Part shown: positions 8,807 to 17,040 of the stretch, piece after piece | Layout: each line of letters starts with the position of its first letter | Numbering within the stretch: the stretch's first letter is position 1 | Assembly: GCA_964552035.1 (NCBI GenBank) | Contig: CAZKFN010000003.1 | Coordinates: 1 to 56,290 of the forward strand | DNA length: 56,290 nt | Direction: 5' to 3' | DNA from: an uncultured Flavobacteriales bacterium | Lineage (GTDB): Bacteria > Bacteroidota > Bacteroidia > Flavobacteriales_E > Vicingaceae | The notes under the pieces: generated by a model | Databases searched by the model: none | What the model was told of the DNA's origin: nothing | What the model saw: the letters and a program-made list of their open reading frames with translations, nothing else | Position numbers and translations under genes: made by a program

Positions 8807-9667
8807 ATGGAAAATAAGAAATATAGAGGGAATTTGTTGAAAATGCAAAGCGTTTATAAAGACCCAATTCAATACACTTTACCTTTAGTTGAACTGGCTC
8901 AAAAAAGGATGGATGAACCGGATATTCATCGTGGAGTATCTAAGGAACTAGTCGAAATGAACGATTTGATTGGGAAGAATATTCGTATGGTTTATGAAGA
9001 GAATATCAATTGTGTTCGCTGTGGGAGAAAGACAAAAAAATCCTTTTCTCAGGGTTTTTGCTATCCGTGCTTTAGAGATGCTCCAGAAAACTCTCCTTGT
9101 ATTATTCATCCAGAACTTTGTGAAGCTCATTTGGGAAAAGGAAGAGACCCAGAGTGGGAGGAAAGGAATCACAATCAACCTCATATTGTTTATATAGCTT
9201 TAACTTCACATATTAAAGTAGGGGTTACCAGACAAACTCAAATACCTTACCGATGGATTGATCAAGGGGCTTGGAAAGCAATTGTTTTAGCTCAAACTCC
9301 TAACCGCTATCAAGCTGGTTTAATAGAAGTTGAATTAAAACAATTTGCTTCAGATAAAACTTCTTGGCAAAGAATGCTTAAAAATGAATTGGCTAAAGAA
9401 ACCAAATTAATAGAAGCAAAAGAGTTATTGCAAGGAAAAATGGATGATCGCTTTAATGGTTATGTAACAGATAACCATGAGATTTATGAAATAAACTATC
9501 CAGTATTAACTTATCCAACAAAAATAAAAGCACATAGCTTAGATAAAGAGCCAGTGCTTGAAGGTAAATTAATTGGAATTAAAGCCCAATACCTCATTTT
9601 TGAAGGAGGAAAAGTTATTAATATTAGAAAATATGCTGGGTATTATATCAACCTAGAAATACTGTAA
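8807..9667 (+). CDS. DUF2797-like protein with CxxC...CxxC zinc-ribbon segment
   Basis: 286-aa ORF with ATG start. CVRCG...CYPCF cysteine pairs, then PHIVYIALTSHIKVGVT...RWIDQGA. Family assignment is from memory only. Confidence 0.55.
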   Translation: MENKKYRGNLLKMQSVYKDPIQYTLPLVELAQKRMDEPDIHRGVSKELVEMNDLIGKNIRMVYEENINCVRCGRKTKKSFSQGFCYPCFRDAPENSPCIIHPELCEAHLGKGRDPEWEERNHNQPHIVYIALTSHIKVGVTRQTQIPYRWIDQGAWKAIVLAQTPNRYQAGLIEVELKQFASDKTSWQRMLKNELAKETKLIEAKELLQGKMDDRFNGYVTDNHEIYEINYPVLTYPTKIKAHSLDKEPVLEGKLIGIKAQYLIFEGGKVINIRKYAGYYINLEIL

Positions 9668-9668
9668 T

Positions 9669-10256
9669 TTATTTCCACAGTACTTTAGTTTCTATACCGC
9701 TCATTTGTTTTTTAGGAATAGAGGGTAAATCTTTTTTTGGGATTCCAAGTTGTAAAAAACCCATGCATAAATCATCTTCCCCTAATTCTAAATATTGATG
9801 CATTTCTTTTGAAAAAGCAATGGCTCCAGTTCCCCAATAGCCAATTATATTTAGAGACTTCATGCTTAGCAACATATTTTGTACAGAACAAGCCACTGAG
9901 TACTCCTCTTCCTGTTTTGGAATCTTTTTGTCAGGGTCTCGCTTCATACAAATTGCAATTAAATGCGATAAGGTTTGCGCTTTATTTCTGTATTTTTCAA
10001 TTTTTTTCTCATCGAAATTTTCTGTTGGAGTTGTTGCCTTATAAATTCTACCCATTTCTTCGAAAAATTCGAGCAGTTTATCCCCAGTAAAAACAATAAA
10101 CCTCCAGGGTTCCGTACGTTTATGCGAAGGCGCATAATTTGCGTTTTCTAAAAGCCTCCAAATGTCTTCATCAGGTATTTTAGCACCTTTTTCCATTTGT
10201 GCAGTATATAGCGATTGCCTGCTTGTAATTAATTGATAAACATCTTTGTAATTCAT
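9669..10256 (-). CDS. nitroreductase family protein
   Basis: 195-aa ORF. N-terminal RQS..Y and SHKRTEPWRF segments are typical of FMN nitroreductase-fold proteins. Confidence 0.8.
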   Translation of the reverse strand: MNYKDVYQLITSRQSLYTAQMEKGAKIPDEDIWRLLENANYAPSHKRTEPWRFIVFTGDKLLEFFEEMGRIYKATTPTENFDEKKIEKYRNKAQTLSHLIAICMKRDPDKKIPKQEEEYSVACSVQNMLLSMKSLNIIGYWGTGAIAFSKEMHQYLELGEDDLCMGFLQLGIPKKDLPSIPKKQMSGIETKVLWK

Positions 10257-10271
10257 GAATATACTCTGATT

Positions 10272-10994
10272 TTAAAGAAATAATAAATAAGGTTTTAACA
10301 GTTGCATACATTCTGATGTATATACGTTTCTAGATTTTTCTATAATCAATTTTTCTTCTACAACTTCACCTTCTTTTTTACTTAAACATACGATAAATCT
10401 TTTTGTTGCTGTATTTTCATTTCCTTGAATGAATAATATTTTTCTAACGAACAACGCTTTGGATTTAAAAATCGAAAATAGATAATCCTTTTCAAGAAGA
10501 GGGAATATTCCCCAAAAAAATCCTTCTTTAGAAAGAAGTTTGTCTACTCCTATAAATAATTTTTCAAAGGGGAGATTGTTATTTTGCCTTGCAAGAGTGC
10601 GACTGTCTTTCCTATTTTCACCTCTAAAAAATGGAGGGTTACAAATGATTAAATCAAAATTATTATTTTCTGTTTTTGCATAGATGATAAAGTCCTCTTT
10701 TATCACCTTAATTTGTTTTGGCCAAGGAGAGATAGCAACATTGAGTCTAGCCTCTTCAACTGCTTTTTCATCCAATTCTATAGCTGTTATTTTTGCAGAA
10801 GATTTTTGAGCGAGCATTAAGGACAATAGGGCAGTCCCACAACCGATATCTAGAATACTTTTTGCTCGCTGGATAGAGGTATATGCACCTAAAATTACAG
10901 CATCGGTGCCAACCTTCATAGCAGATTGCTCTTGATGGATAGAAAATTGTTTAAAACGAAAGGGTTTACTTTTAGGAATCAAGGTAAAGATCAA
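10272..10994 (-). CDS. tRNA (adenine-N6)-methyltransferase-like SAM-dependent methyltransferase (YfiC/TrmN6-like)
   Basis: FRFKQF...AMKVGTD N-terminus, DIGCGT SAM motif and NPPFF catalytic motif. The first codon after an in-frame stop is TTG (10994), with a second TTG at 10982. There is no ATG before the conserved N-terminus. It overlaps the rimM 3' end by 23 nt. Confidence 0.7.
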   Translation of the reverse strand: MIFTLIPKSKPFRFKQFSIHQEQSAMKVGTDAVILGAYTSIQRAKSILDIGCGTALLSLMLAQKSSAKITAIELDEKAVEEARLNVAISPWPKQIKVIKEDFIIYAKTENNNFDLIICNPPFFRGENRKDSRTLARQNNNLPFEKLFIGVDKLLSKEGFFWGIFPLLEKDYLFSIFKSKALFVRKILFIQGNENTATKRFIVCLSKKEGEVVEEKLIIEKSRNVYTSECMQLLKPYLLFL

Positions 10995-11511
10995 TTAAGC
11001 CATCGGCTGCTGAAATATAAATGCTTTTTTCCTCCAGATCAATTTCTAGTATAGTTTCCTCATTAACGGGAATAAGAATTTCTTTCCCCTGATAAGAAAT
11101 AGAGAGAATTTGTGAATCTTTAATTTCTAGAATATCTATTACATGCCCTATTTCACCCTTTTGTTGATCGATAATTTTAAAGTTGAGGATTTCATAAAGA
11201 TGCAACTGGTCTTCTTCTACTGGTGGAAGTAATTCATTGGGTAAGTACAATTTTTTACCTACTAATTTTTTTGCTTCTTTTTCAGAATTAACATCCTCTA
11301 TTTTACAATAAAGTAGGTTGTTGCTCCGCAATTGAGAAGAGTTAAGAAAAAAAGGGACAAGATGTTCATCTTCGGGATAAAATTGTATAAATACCATTGG
11401 AATATTCTTATAAAAAGAAGGGGAATTTACATTTAATTTAAATGTAAGTTCCCCGTTATGTCCAACAGTTTTAGAGATGTACCCTAAATAAAAACAACTA
11501 CTGATATTCAT
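10972..11511 (-). CDS. rimM: 16S rRNA processing protein RimM
   Basis: 179 aa, RimM-like N-terminus (G.I.K..G..GE), located immediately downstream of rpsP. Confidence 0.85.
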   Translation of the reverse strand: MNISSCFYLGYISKTVGHNGELTFKLNVNSPSFYKNIPMVFIQFYPEDEHLVPFFLNSSQLRSNNLLYCKIEDVNSEKEAKKLVGKKLYLPNELLPPVEEDQLHLYEILNFKIIDQQKGEIGHVIDILEIKDSQILSISYQGKEILIPVNEETILEIDLEEKSIYISAADGLIDLYLDS

Positions 11512-11523
11512 CAGTTTGTTTTT

Positions 11524-12156
11524 TTATTCTGTTTCTTTAGTTTCATCGGCTGCCTCTGTTTTTTCTTCAGCAGCTTTTTCGTCAGACTTAGCTTCAGGTG
11601 TTGCTTCAGCTTCTACCGTTGTAGTTTCAGTGTTTTCAGCTGTAGCTTCTTCAGCAGCAGTTTCTTCAGCAGCAGTTTCTTCAGTATTTTCAGATAATTC
11701 TGCATTTTTAGCAGAAATTAATTCGGCTTTTTTCTTGTTGGCTTCTTTCTCAGCTTCTAAGCGAGCTTTAAGTTCTGCTTCTTTCTTAGCACTAAGTTTT
11801 TCACGTTTATTGCTAATTTTTGACTCTTTTGCTTCGAGCCATTCTTGGAACTTTTTATCTGCTTCTTCTTGAGAGAAAGCACCTTTACTCACACCTCGGT
11901 CCAGGTGCTTTTTGTAAAGCACACCTTTATATGAAAGGATGGCTCTAGTGGTGTCAGTTGGCTGAGCACCATTTTTTACCCATTTAAGTGCGCTCTCGAA
12001 GTCAAGTTCGATGGTTGCAGGATCTGTGTTCGGGTTATACGTACCTATTTTTTCAATAAATTTCCCATCTCGTGGGGCACGACTATCCGCGATCACAATG
12101 TGGAAAAAAGAATATTTCTTCTTTCCTCTTCTTTGTAATCTAATCTTTGTAGGCAT
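11524..12156 (-). CDS. rpsP: 30S ribosomal protein S16 with long K/E/A/T-rich C-terminal extension
   Basis: [35 protein letters not shown] is canonical S16. The total is 210 aa against ~80-90 aa for the core. Confidence 0.95.
   Translation of the reverse strand: MPTKIRLQRRGKKKYSFFHIVIADSRAPRDGKFIEKIGTYNPNTDPATIELDFESALKWVKNGAQPTDTTRAILSYKGVLYKKHLDRGVSKGAFSQEEADKKFQEWLEAKESKISNKREKLSAKKEAELKARLEAEKEANKKKAELISAKNAELSENTEETAAEETAAEEATAENTETTTVEAEATPEAKSDEKAAEEKTEAADETKETE
11649..11684. repeat. in-frame 15-bp tandem repeat (cttcagcagcagttt, ~2.4 copies) inside the S16 tail
   Basis: Identical 15-mers at 11649-11663 and 11664-11678, then a partial third copy. They encode the AAEET repeats. Confidence 0.8.
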
Positions 12157-12193
12157 ATTACGTTTTTGTTAAATAAAACTTTAATTAAGGTGG

Positions 12194-12201
12194 CAAAAGT
12201 A
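12194..12201 (-). promoter_or_regulatory. candidate -7 promoter box (TACTTTTG) for rpsP-rimM operon
   Basis: Minus-strand match to TAnnTTTG, 37 nt upstream of the rpsP ATG. Confidence 0.4.
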
Positions 12202-12269
12202 ACTCTTTTTTTGATAAGTTAAAAAGATGTTTAAAAGAAAGAATAGATTTTTTCTAAACTTAAAATCCA

Positions 12270-12944
12270 TTACCATTGAATTGGAGTTTTATTTGTTTTA
12301 AATAAATATTGGTTGGCTTTGCTAAAGTGTTTGTTTCCAAACCAATGTCCCCTATTTGCACTCAATGGAGAAGGATGTCCACTTTCTAAAATTAAATGCT
12401 TGTTGTCGTTTATAAGTTTTGCTTTCTTTCTCGCTTCTTCACCCCAAAGCATAAAAACTATTCCTTCTGAATGCTCAGAAATCTTTTGAATAATGTTATT
12501 GGTAAAAATTTCCCAGCCTTTTTTTCGATGGCTTCTTGGCGTATTAGCTTTTACTGTTAAAACGGCGTTCAATAATAAAACGCCCTGCTTCGCCCAACGC
12601 TTTAATTTTCCACTTTCTGGAATTGTTCCCCCTATATCTTCTTGAATTTCTTTAAAGATATTTTTTAAAGAAGGTGGAATGGAAATGCCATTATTTACTG
12701 AAAATGCCAATCCATGAGCTTGTCCTTCGTTATGATAAGGGTCTTGGCCAAGAAGTACGACTTTTAAATTTTGAAAAGAACATTCTTCAAAGGCGGCAAA
12801 GATTTTGTCTTGTGGTGGATAACATTGGTCTTGCTTATAGGCATTTTCTACAAAACTCCATAATTTTTGAAAATAATCAGATTTGCTTTCTTGAAGAAGT
12901 ATTTCCCTCCAACTGTCGTCAATTTTGTGAAATATAGAATCCAT
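12270..12944 (-). CDS. ung: uracil-DNA glycosylase
   Basis: GQDPYH water-activating motif, HPSPLS leucine-loop motif, 224 aa. Confidence 0.95.
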   Translation of the reverse strand: MDSIFHKIDDSWREILLQESKSDYFQKLWSFVENAYKQDQCYPPQDKIFAAFEECSFQNLKVVLLGQDPYHNEGQAHGLAFSVNNGISIPPSLKNIFKEIQEDIGGTIPESGKLKRWAKQGVLLLNAVLTVKANTPRSHRKKGWEIFTNNIIQKISEHSEGIVFMLWGEEARKKAKLINDNKHLILESGHPSPLSANRGHWFGNKHFSKANQYLFKTNKTPIQW

Positions 12945-12951
12945 ACAAATT

Positions 12952-13332
12952 CTATTCTGATTTTTTAAAATCTAGACTAACTGAATTAATACAATATCTT
13001 AGGCCGGTTTTATCTTTTGGTCCATCTTCAAAAACATGGCCTAAATGTCCTCCACAATTGGCACAAAGCACTTCTTCTCGAATCATTCCAAAAGAAAAAT
13101 CCTTTTCAATTTTTATTTTATCTGTTTCAATTACATCCCAAAAGCTTGGCCAGCCACAGCCTGCGTCAAATTTGACTTTGGACTTAAACAAAGGAGCATG
13201 ACAAGCTGCACAGCGATATATTCCATCTTCTTCATGGTGTAAATACTTTCCTGTAAAAGGTCGTTCCGTACCCTTTTCTCTTAGAACTCGGTATTGTTCC
13301 TCAGTGAGTTTTTCCTTCCAAAGCTTTTCCAT
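12952..13332 (-). CDS. msrB: peptide-methionine (R)-S-oxide reductase MsrB
   Basis: Two CxxC pairs and a RYCINS catalytic Cys motif. I chose the start at the internal ATG 13332 ([14 protein letters not shown]), 1 nt after the helicase stop, rather than the ORF-track start at 13389, which overlaps the helicase. Confidence 0.9.
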   Translation of the reverse strand: MEKLWKEKLTEEQYRVLREKGTERPFTGKYLHHEEDGIYRCAACHAPLFKSKVKFDAGCGWPSFWDVIETDKIKIEKDFSFGMIREEVLCANCGGHLGHVFEDGPKDKTGLRYCINSVSLDFKKSE

Positions 13333-13333
13333 T

Positions 13334-14551
13334 TTACTTTCTTTTTTTAAAAAATCTTTTTTTACCCTTGTAGGATCCTCTACCAGCATTTCTTCCTTCT
13401 ACTTTTTTATATTCTGGACCCTGACCAATCTCTGGTGGGTTGGCTAACTTTGGAACAGTTTTATTGATAAGTTGTTCGATTTTTTGAAAATCATATATCC
13501 CTTGCTCGTTTATAAAAGTAAGTGCTACACCAGTAGATTTAGCACGGGCGGTTCTTCCTACTCTGTGCACATAATCCTCAGCATCGGAAGGAACGTCATA
13601 ATTAATGACTAAATCTATAGAATCAATGTCTATTCCCCTAGAAACAATATCTGTACCCACTAGAATTCTAAGCCGTTTGTTTTTAAATTTTCTCAACACT
13701 TCTTCTCGATCTTCTTGAGATAAGTCTGAAGAAATCTTATCTGCATCCATTTCCATTTTCTTTAAATCTCTAACCAATTCACTCACAGTAGATTTTCTTG
13801 AAGAGAAAATAAGAATACTGCTCAATTCATCTTTTCCTTTTAATAAAGATTTTAACAAATCGTTTTTTTGATGATCATAAGTCATGTAAGCTGCTTGTAA
13901 AATCCCATCAGCGGTTTGAGAAATGGCAATATCAATTTCTTTTGGTTCATACATGATTGATTTTGCAAGCTTTCTAATTTTAGGCGGCATGGTTGCAGAG
14001 AACATGATGTTTTGCCTTTTCTTTGGCAAAAAATCGGCTATTTTTTGAATGTCATCAGCAAAACCCATATCCAGCATTCTATCGGCTTCATCCAATATAA
14101 AATATTGGAGTTTGTCAATATTTACATAATTTAAATTTAAATGAGAAAGCAATCGACCTGGTGTGGCGATAATTACGTTAGCGCCCTCTATTAATGCCGT
14201 TTTTTCATGTTCAAAAGAAGAACCACTTCCACCACCATATATGGCAATAGATGAAGTTCCAGTAAAATAGGAAAAACCCTCCATTTGTTGATCAATTTGC
14301 ATGGCCAATTCTCTAGTAGGTGCAATAATTAATGCGGAGAGTTCATTGCTGTTATTCTTTAGGATTTTATCCAATATTGGCAGTAAAAATGCAGCGGTTT
14401 TCCCCGTTCCCGTTTGTGCTACTGCAATAACATCTTCACCCTTTTGTATTATGGGGATTGCCTTGGCTTGTACTTCAGTCGCTGTTTCAAATCTCATGGA
14501 CTCCAATCCTTGAAGTATTTCTTCTCCAAAATTAAATGCTGTAAATTTCAT
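13334..14551 (-). CDS. DEAD-box ATP-dependent RNA helicase
   Basis: Q-motif region, [15 protein letters not shown] and HRVGRTAR motifs, with a basic C-terminal tail. Confidence 0.9.
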   Translation of the reverse strand: MKFTAFNFGEEILQGLESMRFETATEVQAKAIPIIQKGEDVIAVAQTGTGKTAAFLLPILDKILKNNSNELSALIIAPTRELAMQIDQQMEGFSYFTGTSSIAIYGGGSGSSFEHEKTALIEGANVIIATPGRLLSHLNLNYVNIDKLQYFILDEADRMLDMGFADDIQKIADFLPKKRQNIMFSATMPPKIRKLAKSIMYEPKEIDIAISQTADGILQAAYMTYDHQKNDLLKSLLKGKDELSSILIFSSRKSTVSELVRDLKKMEMDADKISSDLSQEDREEVLRKFKNKRLRILVGTDIVSRGIDIDSIDLVINYDVPSDAEDYVHRVGRTARAKSTGVALTFINEQGIYDFQKIEQLINKTVPKLANPPEIGQGPEYKKVEGRNAGRGSYKGKKRFFKKRK

Positions 14552-14611
14552 AGTTTAGTGTTACTAAATAAGAAGGATTCTTACTTAAAATGAAATGGGA
14601 ATTGTTAATTA

Positions 14612-15121
14612 TTAATCGACCTTAAAAAGTATTCTTTTATTTTCCCAATCTAAAAAGACATAGTTATTTTCAATTCCATAAGTTAAGTTTTCAACTTTGT
14701 CAATCCGCTTAACATCGGTTTCTGTACGTAAAGCATCTTGACTGTTATCGTAACTAAAAGCTCCCCATTGATTGCTTTTGGTATTGAAGATAATGGTCCA
14801 TTTTTCCGTTCTATTGGGAATCACAAAGAAGGAATATTTACCCGCATCAAGTTTTTTGCCATTGATACGAACGGGTCTAGAGAATTCTATGGTTGTTGCC
14901 TCATTTGCACCAGCTCTCCAAACTTTGGAATAAGGGACCAAATGACCGTATATTTCCCTATCGTTAACAGCAGGACTTGAATAAATAATTTTAAGCTTTA
15001 CATCGCCTATTTTTTCTTCTGTTACTTTTATAGGACTTTTTCTTTTGGCAGCATCACTTTGTGCAGAAAGTTGAAAACCGATAAAGAAAAATACACTTAA
15101 TAAAATTAAAATCTTTTTCAT
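14612..15121 (-). CDS. DUF2911-like secreted protein
   Basis: Signal peptide (MKKILILLSVFFFIGFQLSAQ). YSSPAV..REIYG.LVPY.KVWRAGANEAT segment recalled as the DUF2911 signature. Confidence 0.65.
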   Translation of the reverse strand: MKKILILLSVFFFIGFQLSAQSDAAKRKSPIKVTEEKIGDVKLKIIYSSPAVNDREIYGHLVPYSKVWRAGANEATTIEFSRPVRINGKKLDAGKYSFFVIPNRTEKWTIIFNTKSNQWGAFSYDNSQDALRTETDVKRIDKVENLTYGIENNYVFLDWENKRILFKVD

Positions 15122-15154
15122 TCTAAGGTAGTTTTTAGATTGTTTTAATATCTA

Positions 15155-15162
15155 CAAAGATA
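15155..15162 (-). promoter_or_regulatory. candidate -7 promoter box (TATCTTTG) for the DUF2911-like gene
   Basis: Minus-strand TAnnTTTG match, 33 nt upstream of the ATG at 15121. Confidence 0.3.
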
Positions 15163-15164
15163 CA

Positions 15165-16343
15165 TCACTTTGTTTGGTCAATTAATTCTAGGAGAATTTT
15201 TAAAGCTGTTTTTATTTCATCCTCACTGATGGTTAGCGGGGGAGCTAATCGGAAAGCATAGGGTGTAGATAAGAACCAAAACAGCAAAAGTCCTTTTTTT
15301 AATCCTTCTAACACAACTTGTTTGACGACTTCCTCACTTTCAAGCTCAATGGCAAACATGAGACCTATTTGTCGAATAGCTTTGATTTTTGGATGTTTTA
15401 AAAGTTTCATAAATAAAGCTGCTTTGTCCTTGGAAGCTGCTAAAAGGTTTTCTTCTCGTATGTATTTTAAGGCAGCAGCTCCAGCCGCACAGACTACTGG
15501 GTGCCCGCCAAATGTAGTGATATGTCCTAAAATAGGTTGGTGACTGAGCAACAGCATATTTTCTTTAGAAGAAGCCATACAGCCAATTGGCATTCCACCT
15601 CCAAGTGCTTTCCCAGCCGTCATAATATCTGGTACTACGTCAAAATGTTCAAAAGCCCACATTTTTCCAGTTCTTCCAACACCAGATTGTATCTCGTCAA
15701 AAATTAAAAGCGCACCCACTTCATTGCATCGCCCTCTCAGAGCTTTCATAAAAGACTTTTCAGGAATCCTCACACCTGCATCCCCTTGAATTGTTTCTAA
15801 AAAAACTCCAGCTACTTCTTTAGTAATTGCACTTAAATCCTCTTCATGATTTAATCGAATAAAAGAAACTCCAGGGATTAACGGGCGAAAGGGCATTTTT
15901 CTCCATTCGTTATCACTAATACTCATAGAACCCTGACTATTACCATGATAAGAACCTTTAAAAGAAATGAATTTACTCCTACCTGTAACTCTTTTAGCTA
16001 ACTTCATAGCAGCCTCATTAGCTTCAGTCCCAGAGTTTAAAAAATAAAAACTGTGCAATTGAGATGGTAAGGTTCGTTTTAATTCTTCGGCTAAAGAATT
16101 TTGAGCATCTTGTTCAAATTCACCATAGACCATAACGTGAAGATGCTTATCAACTTGATTTTTTATAGCGTTTATAACAGCTTGATTGCCATGTCCTAAA
16201 ACACTAACCCCAATTCCTGAAATTAAATCAATGTAAGAATTACCATCTTTATCGTATAAATAACTCCCTTTTGCATGATCGACTTTAATGCCAAAAGGGT
16301 AAGGAGTAGTTTGTGCTAAATTTTGATGAAATGTATTTGACAT
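15165..16343 (-). CDS. class-III pyridoxal-phosphate aminotransferase (acetyl/succinyl-ornithine aminotransferase-like)
   Basis: 392 aa with GSYHG, DEIQSG and the TAGKALGGG PLP-lysine motif. Confidence 0.85.
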   Translation of the reverse strand: MSNTFHQNLAQTTPYPFGIKVDHAKGSYLYDKDGNSYIDLISGIGVSVLGHGNQAVINAIKNQVDKHLHVMVYGEFEQDAQNSLAEELKRTLPSQLHSFYFLNSGTEANEAAMKLAKRVTGRSKFISFKGSYHGNSQGSMSISDNEWRKMPFRPLIPGVSFIRLNHEEDLSAITKEVAGVFLETIQGDAGVRIPEKSFMKALRGRCNEVGALLIFDEIQSGVGRTGKMWAFEHFDVVPDIMTAGKALGGGMPIGCMASSKENMLLLSHQPILGHITTFGGHPVVCAAGAAALKYIREENLLAASKDKAALFMKLLKHPKIKAIRQIGLMFAIELESEEVVKQVVLEGLKKGLLLFWFLSTPYAFRLAPPLTISEDEIKTALKILLELIDQTK

Positions 16344-16347
16344 TCTA

Positions 16348-16355
16348 CAAAAGTA
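16348..16355 (-). promoter_or_regulatory. candidate -7 promoter box (TACTTTTG) only 4 nt from the aminotransferase ATG
   Basis: The minus strand reads TACTTTTG-TAGA-ATG. Confidence 0.35.
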
Positions 16356-16989
16356 AGCAGTGAACCTTAGATATATTTTATTTTAACATAAATCTTAGTT
16401 AATCTTTTTCTTTCTAAACAATTAAAAGTTATAATTTAATACCTGTTGATTTATCTAAAAAAACAAACAGGTTCCTTAAAAATAATATTGATTTTTAGGC
16501 ACATGTTATTTTGAATTTTTAATATTCTTTAAATTTTATATCAACCTTAGTAAACAAATACCCCAAGAACCTTGAAATTTCAGTGACTTCTAAGGAATGC
16601 TAAATATCTTTTGGTAGGATTATTTGGTTCTATTTGATGTTTTTTCCATTTATATTAAGTGGATTAGTCCCTTTTTTGTAACTATACTCTGACTACCAGA
16701 GATGCTGGTCGTTCGGGAATATTTATTCTTTTTTCAATTTCTATTTAAAGTACTTTTATTGCTTCACAATGCCAGATTTTCTTAACATTAGTCTATTTAT
16801 TATCTTAAAATTCTCAATAATTAGTTCCGAATAGACTAGGACTATAATTTAATGGAGTTTCTTCCCTAGTAATTCAAACGGATTAATTATGACATAGTTA
16901 GATGTGAAATTACCTAAGAGTCAAGTTTGTCTTTAACTAATGTTCATAATTGTATAGAGGGAGGGAATCTAAATCTCTTAAATAAGTTT

Positions 16990-16997
16990 TATCTTTG
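16990..16997 (+). promoter_or_regulatory. candidate -7 promoter box (TATCTTTG) for the serine hydrolase gene
   Basis: TAnnTTTG match, 43 nt upstream of the ATG at 17041. Confidence 0.3.
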
Positions 16998-17040
16998 GTC
17001 TTGTTTTTAATTTGAATCTATTAATATAAATGGCTTTTTG

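Noticed and set aside
11516-11872. 118-aa + strand ORF (S/A/F/V-rich) opposite rpsP
   Set aside because: It is the antisense mirror of the low-complexity K/E/A tail of S16. Its extreme composition and full overlap with a certain gene mark it as an artefact.
13333-13389. N-terminal extension of msrB (ORF-track start at 13389)
   Set aside because: It would overlap the last 56 nt of the helicase gene. The internal ATG at 13332 gives a normal MsrB N-terminus and a 1-nt intergenic gap.
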